NCBI GenBank assembly: GCA_964019335.1
Contig: OZ025706.1
Coordinates: 449,162-513,161, forward strand
DNA: 64,000 nucleotides
Reading direction: 5' to 3'
Source: Diplonema japonicum
Taxonomy: Eukaryota; Protista; Euglenozoa: Diplonemea
Positions 47,601 to 55,659 of the stretch are shown piece after piece; position 1 is the first letter of the stretch, and every line of letters starts with the position of its first letter. The notes below the pieces were generated by a model. It was given only the letters and a program-made list of their open reading frames with translations, did no database searches and was not told where the DNA came from. The translations under genes and the position numbers were made by a program.

Positions 47601-49195
47601 TTGCTGACAAAACTTATCACCACGCCGGTGAGACACCCGTTGGTGTCAAAGGTGCAGCCTTCGCTCAGCATAGAGACTCGATCTACTTGTTTGGTGGTTT
47701 CTCGAAGAATAATAACGAGCAAAAGGGCGTTAACCGCTATTTGGTCAAACCTGCACTTTTCGAAGTTAGCACGATCCCCCTGCACGGTTCCGGAACCACA
47801 AACCCGTCCCGTTTCTTTTGGAAGTGGATGGAAATCCTCACCTCTCGCATCAAGGTTCCTACCCACATCACCTATCGGGCTGTTGGTTCTTCGACTGGCA
47901 TGTCCGACCTCCGAGGTGTCGGTCCAAGCCTCAGCCCCGTTGTCAGCTTTGCCTGTGGCGACATCCCTCTCAAAAAAGAGATTTACGATGAGATGAATGC
48001 GGCATCACGAACCGTTGTACACGTGCCCTTCGCCCTTGGTACCATCTCAGTGTTCGTCAATCTTCCCGTGACCAGCCCTTTGAAGCTTACCCCTTGCGTT
48101 CTTGCAAAGATCTACACTGGCGCCATCAAGGAGTGGGACCATGCCGACATCCTTGCCCACAACTCTCAACACCAAGCCGTTCTGACTGGTCGCCTCATCC
48201 AAGTTGGGAGACGTAAACACGGGTCGAGCAGCACTTTCGGTCTGACTCAGTATATGGCAGACGGCTGCCGTTCTGTCTGGAACACTGGTCCGAATTCAAA
48301 AATAGCTCTCTCGGATGCCCATGTGAGTGTCAGGGAAGGCTCAACAGAGATGACTCAGTTCTTGGAAAGCACAGAGTATGCAATTGGATACCTTGACTCT
48401 GGTCACGGTATTGCCAAAGGCTTAAAGGAGGCCGCACTTGAAGGGCAACCCGGGAGTTTCGGAGTCTCCTCGAATGCTGACATTGCAAAGGCTGCTGACG
48501 GGGCATCGTGGCCAGAGCCAACGGCTGACTGGTCAAGTTTCTCTCTGATCAACAGACCCGGTGCGTGGCCCATCACAATGGTGAGCTACTTCTATTTGTA
48601 CCAGGACATGACAGGTTCAGGCATCACAGGGAGCTTGCTTAAGGCTTTCGTTGAAACTGTTCTGAGTGCAGAAGGTCAGCAGGACATGGAAACCAACTAT
48701 GGATTCAAGCAAGCACCCTCCCAGATGAAGGCAGTGAGTGAGAAGGCGCTGAACTCTCTATGGATGCCTGTTGGCGCTCCTATCTTCACGTATGAGAGGG
48801 AAACGCAAAAGAATGGTGTGGGGATGGGTGACTACGTAATCAGCACCAAGAGGAACCCAAGGCCTTTCGACTCGGCTGTGCTTGGGACGGAACTCGATCA
48901 GCTGCGCGAGAAGTCAGAACAGGACACAGTGCAGATCAAACAGTTACAGGACATGATTGAGTCGCTGAAGAGCAAGGTGGACACTCTGCAGCAACAGAGA
49001 GGCACCGATGCTGCCCATGACCATGATGATGACAATGTTAAGATGGTGGCCATCCTTGCGCTGGTGGTTGGCACCTTGGCGGCTCTTGTTGCCGTAGCGG
49101 GTATCTGGTTTACTCAGAGCAGGACTGCTGGCAAGAAGGGGAGAAACCTTCCTGCCGGAACCGAGATGTCTGAACCTGACTTCCAGCAGTCTTAA
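44642..49195 (+). CDS. Type I membrane protein: signal peptide-Kelch propeller-PstS-coil-Kelch propeller-PstS-coil-TM
   Basis: Hydrophobic N-terminus; Kelch GG/W repeats; two PstS-like domains (HGSGTTNPS..W, ITYRAVGSSTG, FACGDIPL, RKHGSSST, AIGY, WPI); TM VAILALVVGTLAALVAVAGIWF. Confidence 0.88.
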   Translation: METKAGLLLVLVTSAAGVVLDPLPFTIARGTAETVSDTVFLIGGCKDADRGTTTITPCTAFQDSIMEYNTSTAAHASTMVSLSTPREDHATVVVDNVIYMMGGVSGTTGLVAATKVESFTPGTGVREDVTDLPSTMSHLNAGAFAFGKKIYYCSGTSAKCAIYDIDTKAWMPKTIPFPERSGFRVVVNTEGTSAYVVGGADITVPASPAYGSDIYILSAGSEEWQTRTLPFFEFNREDAVVVLLNEVIYVLGGAQKKQPLQTALAVYPLTNEVQVIGGLDVSLMSTAAATHNDAVFMFGGLDANLASTTASNRFEIKPQLLDLPTIPLHGSGTTNPSRFFWKWMEILTSRIKFPTHITYRAVGSSTGMSDLRGVGPSLSPVVSFACGDIPLKKEIYDEMNAASRTVVHVPFALGTISVFVNLPVTSPLKLTPCVLAKIYTGAIKEWDHADILAHNSQHQAVLTGRLIQVGRRKHGSSSTFGLTQYMADGCRSVWNTGPNSKIALSDAHVSVREGSTEMTQFLESTEYAIGYLDSGHGIAKGLKEAALEGQPGSFGVSSNADIAKAADGASWPEPTADWSSFSLINRPGAWPITMVSYFYLYQDMTGSGITGSLLKAFVETVLSAEGQQDMETNYGFKQAPSQMKAVSEKALGIIKFSADAPPFTYERETQKNGVGMGDYVISTKRNPRPFDESVALADIATLETKTRTLEDSVNALTDHAKTTNSRGDLLEHELQTRAELAEGAGFSTAVTAGDVIYIIGGCIRLPKDQPCSRFAETITPYHTLTNKYQTSIALITPRERHSSVLVGNKIYIFGGYTTNGDIASTVDIITLSGTAAPPVVSNFAGVPTELKRADGAAFVLNQRVYYCGGVTSTGSIPRCDIIEFGASSASVKDTFPVQARSGHTIVVDHVAKKAFMFGGVVTGKTVGDLQEMTLLADGKGTWGTAIAEPLDVERAHPSMGLLGDNLYIFGGENKDGVMRTDIRLVNLADKTYHHAGETPVGVKGAAFAQHRDSIYLFGGFSKNNNEQKGVNRYLVKPALFEVSTIPLHGSGTTNPSRFFWKWMEILTSRIKVPTHITYRAVGSSTGMSDLRGVGPSLSPVVSFACGDIPLKKEIYDEMNAASRTVVHVPFALGTISVFVNLPVTSPLKLTPCVLAKIYTGAIKEWDHADILAHNSQHQAVLTGRLIQVGRRKHGSSSTFGLTQYMADGCRSVWNTGPNSKIALSDAHVSVREGSTEMTQFLESTEYAIGYLDSGHGIAKGLKEAALEGQPGSFGVSSNADIAKAADGASWPEPTADWSSFSLINRPGAWPITMVSYFYLYQDMTGSGITGSLLKAFVETVLSAEGQQDMETNYGFKQAPSQMKAVSEKALNSLWMPVGAPIFTYERETQKNGVGMGDYVISTKRNPRPFDSAVLGTELDQLREKSEQDTVQIKQLQDMIESLKSKVDTLQQQRGTDAAHDHDDDNVKMVAILALVVGTLAALVAVAGIWFTQSRTAGKKGRNLPAGTEMSEPDFQQS
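45614..48858 (+). repeat. Intragenic direct repeat 45614-46701 vs 47771-48858 (offset 2157 nt)
   Basis: Near-identical DNA except one codon near the start and a ~37-nt diverged patch near the end. Confidence 0.95.
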
Positions 49196-49693
49196 TAACA
49201 GTTATTCTAACCGGTATCCTACAAAATACGAACGAAATGAAATTAGTAGTTTTTCTCCTCTTTTTTTGTTTCTCACCCCTTACAAAGATATTGTGTGCGT
49301 AAATGATGGTTGCAGAAGACCGTTTTCTTGTCGCGGCCCTTGAAAAAAAAAAAAAAAAATGGAAAAAAAAAAAACGCTCACACAGTGTTAAGAACAATGC
49401 CAAGAACATTGCGTGCTTCTTTGTTTGTTTCTTCTTTTTAACCTTCGAAATATCTAGGCTTCCCCCCCCATTTTTGGCCGTTCAAATGGAGTTCCTCCTC
49501 CCTTCCCTCCGAATGCGCTCAGAACTGTGGCTGCGTTTGACCCTCCACACGGCCCACTGTACCAAGATGGGGGCTTGCCTTTCCCCCCCTTCTCACTTTT
49601 ATTTTTCCTTCTTCCTTTTTGCTGTCTCAATTTTCCTTTCTTCAACGATGGAAGGAAAAATGGAAAGTAAAAAGAGAACCACATTTATCTTAA

Positions 49694-49958
49694 CCCTTTA
49701 TGCGGCCAACTGCTTCTGTAGAAGCAGTTAATAGGTGTAATTGTTCTCTGGTCGGTTTTCCGAAAAAGAAATGGAATCGAAATTAAAAAGGAATTAAAAA
49801 TCTGCGTTATGCGCTTTGTATCCATCTGAAACTTCATAACTTCGTCCCAGAATGGGTGCCGAGACACTGGGTGACACCAATACTGGGTGGTACCAAAAAA
49901 ATGGGTATTTTTCGGATTTTCAAAATTCCAAAAATCAATTACACTGGCCGCATGAGGG
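49694..49958. mobile_element. piggyBac-like MITE
   Basis: TTAA|CCCTTTATGCGGCCA ... TGGCCGCATGAGGG|TTAA. Confidence 0.8.
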
Positions 49959-50042
49959 TTAAAGCATTTGTTTTTTTTTTCTTCTTCTTTTTTTCTTTCT
50001 TTCTCTTCTCTCTCTTTTTCTTCTTCTTCGTATAAACATTAA

Positions 50043-50336
50043 CCATTAAAGGACGAAGCGCTAGCTCACCGGATCATTGTGTTGCGAATTTTTTTTTTTT
50101 TTTGTTTGACATCGAATTTCATTTTTGGCCCAAGAGTATCCTCTGTAACGCCCTCAAAACCTGCTCTTGCACTATTAGTAAGAAAAAACACACCAATCCC
50201 TTATCTGCCTTCATCGTTCTCCGGACCTTTGGGGGTCAAAGGGTATTTCTGCCATAAGCTGTGGTCGCTCTATCTGATGTTTTAACTTTATAGAAAACCC
50301 CCTTTTTTTGGCCCAAAAAATCTCGTCCTTTAATGG
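50043..50336. mobile_element. Second piggyBac-like MITE
   Basis: TTAA|CCATTAAAGGACGA ... TCGTCCTTTAATGG|TTAA. Confidence 0.8.
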
Positions 50337-50878
50337 TTAATAATAATTCCTGTCAGTACAAAAGACTATTCGTTGGCAGCTTGTTGGTTTTAATCAGGTT
50401 CCCCCCCCCCCCCCCCCCCCCCCCCCCCTTGGATTTGATCTTTTTTTCCCTCCCCTTTTATTCCACTCGATTCCCAGCCACACCGTTAAAGACTAGTAGT
50501 GTTGGCAGGGCTTTCTTATTGGGTCCCCCCTCCCCGTTATATTGCCTTCATTTGTTTCTTTGCCGGAGGTTTAAAAGCCTGTGATGAACTTGAAGACGAG
50601 TGAAAAGAAAGAAGGAGAAAGTACTCTTAAGAGCAATAACTACCTGTCCTTCCCATTACCATAACCCGCCATCCTCAAAGCAGCGACGGGGTGGGGAGTG
50701 GCGGAATGGACGGAAAGGCTTTTTTGGTCTCTAAAAATACTTTTTTCCGTAGCAAGAAAAAAAAAAAAAAAAAAGAAAGGGGAAAGTAAGAAAAGTTCTG
50801 AGACAAAGAGTTCATGTCGTGCTTCGTTTTCAAAAAAAAAAAAAAAAAAAAAAAAAAGAGTAACTATAAATTAAGATA

Positions 50879-51059
50879 AACAAATGGGGAAATTTCTAAA
50901 AAGGAGTCAAATTTGTGCCCTGGTAGCACTTGATGCAGTACCTCAATGTCAAGGTCACAGGTGTTTTTAGGGGTCCTAGGCTGATCTAAGGGTTGCTTCA
51001 TCAAAAATCCGGCACCAGAGCGCAACTTTGACCGCCCTAGCTAGAAATTCCCTCGTTTT
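50879..51059. repeat. Imperfect foldback element
   Basis: Nested complementary blocks GAAATTTCTA/TAGAAATTC, GTCAAA/TTTGAC, CTGGT/ACCAG. Confidence 0.5.
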
Positions 51060-51066
51060 CAGAAGG

Positions 51067-51100
<34 letters not shown>

Positions 51101-51435
51101 GAAACAATAGTGTGTCTGTGCCTTTGCTGTGTCCGCTCGCTTTCTTGTGACACTGCCTCTTTATCGAGACGTCCCCTTGCCTCCCCTCCCACCTAGAACT
51201 TCAAACGTTTGTTTTTTTTTTTTTTTTTTCCCTTTTATTTTAACTGTTTACATTCGAGTCTTTCTTTTTCCTTTCACTTATACTACCTATAGCCTGTAGT
51301 AAATACTTGACACAGTGAAAAACATGGTAAAAGGGAGACGTTCTTACTCTACTACGACGCCGACCACGGCACGACAGGACACGACGCGTGGCTATGTTTA
51401 AAGAGGCGAGAGTCTTCCTGTACTCCTTGACATAA

Positions 51436-51714
51436 TGCTAACTTCGAAAAGTGCACGTTTGACCAAATAGCGGTTAACGCCCTTTTGCTCGTTGTTGTTC
51501 TCTGAGAAGCCACACTATGCTGAGCGACCAACAAGGGTGTCTCACCGGCGTGGTGATGCAAGGTTGACTAAACGGATATCAGTACGCATAACTCTTTGTT
51601 TTCCCCTCCGAAAATATAAAGGTTGTCGCCCAGAAGTCCCATTGACGGGTGAGCTCTTTCGACGTCCAAAGGTTCAGCAATCGCAGTCCCCCACGTTCCT
51701 TTGCCATCTGCCAG
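51436..51714 (-). pseudogene. Inverted, deletion-riddled copy of 47444-47771 (second Kelch domain of the Kelch-PstS gene)
   Basis: LADGKGTWGTAIAEPLDVERAHPSMGLLGDNLYIFGGENK is identical; several short deletions follow. Confidence 0.92.
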
Positions 51715-52229
51715 GTGGACACATTCATTACACAGTATTGTATCCGCTTTGAAGGAGGTGCAAGGCACAAGGCCAGAGACATAGAATCGTCCCAACAAAC
51801 GGTGCAAGGAAACACCAGCTTATTACGAATTACAACGCTAAGTATCAAAGTAAAGGGGAATAACATTTCTCAAAAAACGGTTACCGTTACTAAGATATCG
51901 CGAGGTGGGAACCATCTGATGGTGTGCTGTACCCCCTCAACCGCAGAGAAAGTCTTTCTTGTCCCGACACGACGCTCCTGTCTCCTGTCAACTCTGTAAC
52001 ACTCCTGTCATCACCTCAGATTGTACCCCCAGTCGTCAAAAGCCAACATTTATGGTTTCAACTTTCCTTCCGCCTGGTAGTGGAATATTTATTATTATTA
52101 TTCTAAGGGCCGACTCATCACAGGAGGACCTTCTCATCTGGTGGGAAGAAGGCTCTTAGCCGTGAACCGCACAGCCACGACATATCGCGTCATTTCTTCG
52201 CTCGTCTCCAGCAGGCTGGTGTACGACTT

Positions 52230-53280
52230 CACAACGGCCGTGACAGTCGAGAGACGTGACAGAGCCAAATACCTGGGGATCACCCTGGACGCCGACTTGA
52301 CCTTCGAAGCCCATGCCCGAGACATTGTCAAGAGGTACGACAAGCGCATCCGCATACTGCGGCTCCTCTCCGGTTCATCCTGGGGCAGTTCCGCTGACTC
52401 TGCCTCACTCAGATCCTTGTACCTGGCCTATGTCCTGCCGGTGTTCACCTACTCGATAGGCATCTTCTTCGCTATGATGACCACCCAGGACAGGAAGACG
52501 ATGTGCATGAAACACGCGGAGGCGGCCCGTCACAGGGTGCGTCAAAAACACCTCCACCTCAGCCGTCATGTGCGAAGCCCGCTTACGCCCCCTCGACCTG
52601 ATGGCCGATGCAGCGTCTGCTGTCCTATGGCAGAGGGCGCTAAGATGGGAAGGAACCCCGGTGAACAAGGTGGTCAGGGGTGCGGCGACCACAGGATGGA
52701 CGAAAAGAGCGCTGGACACGGCAAGGAAATCCGGGCTCGGAACGGCGGCCTCCCAGCTCTTAGGGAGCACAACGAAGGCACCACCCTGGGTGGAAGGTAT
52801 CCGAGTAGACCCCTAAGCCACCGACACACGGAGGGCCCTACCCGACGACGTAAGGGCGGCTGCGGCTGCGAAAAAACTGGCCGAGATTCCCAGCGATGCC
52901 TTTGGTTGTGTACACGGACGGCTCGGTGGCGGGGGGAAGAGGAGGTGCAGGGGTCGCCATCAAGGTCCCTGACCTGGACTTCACCCTCACCACCTCGCAT
53001 GGGGCCGGCGCGGTCTCCACACCCATGTGCGCCGAAGGCACCGCTATCCTGAAGGGGCTGCAGGAAGCCGGGGAGGTGTACAGGATGGCTGCGAGTCTGC
53101 GGGGGCGCCCTCTCTATCTGCTCACGGACTCCCAATCGATGCCAAGGGGGCTCGCCGGTGGCACCGGCCGGCAGAGGGAGATCACGGACAGACGGATCTG
53201 GGACGCCGCTTCGTGGCTCAGGACCAAGCGCTCTGGAGACGTGCATTTCTGGTTTCTTTGTTCGCGGTGTACAAGGACGC
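52230..53280 (+). pseudogene. Truncated, frameshifted ingi-like LINE (RT C-terminus plus RNase H)
   Basis: AKYLGITLDADLTFEAH..RIRILRLLSGSSWG; VVYTDGS..GAGV..AE..LTDSQS. Confidence 0.85.
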
Positions 53281-53287
53281 TCCTGCG

Positions 53288-53820
53288 TTGAATCTCGAGG
53301 GGTTCGCCCCACATGTAATCAGCCAAGTCGGCTGTCCCATGCAAGGGGAACAGAGAGCCAGAGGGATGGTCCAACCCATGTGGTGGCCCTCTCGATTCCT
53401 CCAGACAAAAGACTGGGACACACCCCCCAGTTTCCCCCCAGTGGTTATTATTGCAAAAAAAAATGTAGGCGTGTGGGATCCTCCCCCCGACCAACGCTGC
53501 TCAAGGGTGAACATGAGCCCAAAATAGACCCCCCCCTTTTTCCCTTTTACCTTTTCCATTTCCCAAACTCTCTCTCTCCCCCCCCCCACACACACACACA
53601 CACACACTCAAAACGGGCCAAAGAACGCCTCCCAAGAGATGGTCACGGATGGCCGGGAGGGCGCAGGCGCAGCTCGAGGTCTTCTGCATTGAATCTCGAG
53701 GGGTTCGCCCCACATGTAATCAGCCAAGTCGGCCCTCTTGGTTCCTCCAGACAAAAGACTGGAACACACCCCCCACCCCCCCAGTTTCCCCCCAGTGGTT
53801 ATTATTGCAAAAAAATGTAT
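53288..53820 (+). repeat. Local direct repeat (~53288-53465 and ~53689-53820)
   Basis: TTGAATCTCGAGGGGTTCGCCCCACATGTAATCAGCCAAGTCGGC and CAGTGGTTATTATTGCAAAAAAA each occur twice. Confidence 0.85.
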
Positions 53821-54691
53821 GTGCCTGTCAAAACGCGTGACGCAGGTATTCACCCTCATCGCCGACTCTGGCTTGCTTGATTGGGCCAGATCCGGGGTCT
53901 TCACGTCGCCGTCTGCGGCAACGGTACCGCTGCCCCTTCGTTCATCCCGCCCCCGCCGGCTGTCTCCCTTGACGCCGGCCCTGCGGCCCCCGTGTTGCGC
54001 TGAAGTGAGTAGGGTGAGATCAACATTTCAATTCTTTTAGTGCTTACGTTCCCTTCCCCTCTCTTCCACTCCCTCTCATCCTTTTCTTTATCATCATCCG
54101 GCGTCTGGCCTTTCTCTTACCAGTATGCCCGTCCCCTTTTAAACTTTTAAATTTTTAAAATTAACATCCTCTTGTTATCGTGTGCCCTGACATTGTAGTC
54201 AAAAACGGATGGCCCGGCCTACTCTGAAGTTGCCCAGATGAGTCCTCTCATCTTCGCACGAACGAGTGTGGTACGGCCATCCCCTCCCCCCGCCAGCCGG
54301 AGTGCAGCGGGGAGAGCAAATGCTTCCCCTATCATCCCCATGCGCACACGCACACTCGCTTCCCCTTTTGATTTTGAGAGATTTTACTCTCACCCTTTCA
54401 TGTTTCGCTCAATGGAGCAAATCCCTCTCGAGGGGGCGACCGGGGCCAGTTCCGGTCACCAGAGGTCCCAGTTGCGAAAAACGACGAACTGGGGTCAAGG
54501 TCCCCGTCCGAGTCACGTAGGTCTACGCGGCTTGGAATTAAAGTAATTCAGCCCTCTTCGGCTGTTCCAAACAGGTGCACGGGTTGGCGGAGTCCACAGC
54601 TCCATCTGATTGCAGAAGAACTGGTCTTCGCCCTCCCTGTAATATTTCCATGCTTCCCTTCACCTTTCCCCTTCCCAGGTGTTGCTCCCCC

Positions 54692-55269
54692 ATGGTGGCA
54701 CCTATTGGTATTTTGAAAAAAAAAAAAAAAAAAAAAAAAAAGGGCTGTGGGAGAAGGCGTGCGAGAGGAAGGTGGAAGAGGTGGAGATGAGAGGGGTGCG
54801 TACGGACGAGAGGACTGAGGAGCTGAACAGGAGGGTGGGCCTGGTGGAGGGCGAGCTTGGTGGCCTGAGGGGGGAGATTTCTTCCTTGAAGGCGTCATCG
54901 GAGAGGACGGAGCGGTCGGTGGAGGAGCTGAAGCAAGGGATGAACAGATTACTCATCCACTTGACTACAGGAGCCCCCCCACCAGGAACCTCCGAGGAGG
55001 CAGACGGGTCCCCAGAACAGAGGGGACACGTGCCGTCCACCGATGGCGCTGACGAGGGGACTGACACCCCAGACTGCCCCAGGCACGCTGCGACACCGGA
55101 GAGAAAGGGTACCGTAGCACCTTTATGCTACGACACCCCCCCACCAGCCGAAAGGCTCGTAGGAGTTGCCACAACTAGGCAGACAACCCTACACACCACC
55201 CCCTCGCAGACAACGCCCCTGCACAAGGTGAACCCTCCCGTAAAAAGGAAGGTTGAAGGCCAGTACTAA
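54692..55269 (+). CDS. Putative LINE ORF1 (coiled coil plus Pro/Thr-rich); putative intron 54708-54742
   Basis: ATG GTG GCA CCT ATT G|GT..A-tract..AG|GG CTG TGG splices in frame; heptads LNRRVGLVEGELGGLRGEISSLK. Confidence 0.55.
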
Positions 55270-55620
55270 GGGCCGTGCAATAACACCCCTTTCACCCCCT
55301 TTCCCACACCGTCTCTCACTCCCTGTCCCTACTCCCAAACCCCCAACACTACACCCCATCTAAACGAAGATGAAGTACTACCCAGCCTCTCAAGCCCTGG
55401 AAGCTGGGGTGACCGCAAAGGCAGCACATCATCACCACATCACCATCCCTCATCTTTCCCTCTCTCCACGCACAATTCCTCCCCAAACAAGCACTCACAA
55501 ACTCCCGTCACCGGTGACGAAGTATTACCCAGTATCCAAAGGCCTGGACCTAGGGGTGACCACACAGGCAATCTTCACATTCGCAGAAATCCCGCAGCCA
55601 GCGGTCCGCACGGAAAACAC

Positions 55621-55659
55621 TTACTGAGCTGCGGGGACATAGAAGCGAACCCCGGTCCA
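55621..55659 (+). other. 2A-like ribosome-skipping peptide LLSCGDIEANPGP
   Basis: Exact D(V/I)ExNPGP consensus, in frame with and upstream of the APE domain. Confidence 0.9.

Noticed and set aside
44642-49195. Bacterial contamination or pst operon
   Set aside because: No pstCAB; eukaryotic signal peptide and TM, Pol III tRNA and host repeats flank the gene.
54200-54700. Pr77/HDV-like or hammerhead ribozyme call
   Set aside because: I could not fit the HDV double pseudoknot or the CUGANGA/GAAA core by eye; kept only as an unclassified structure.
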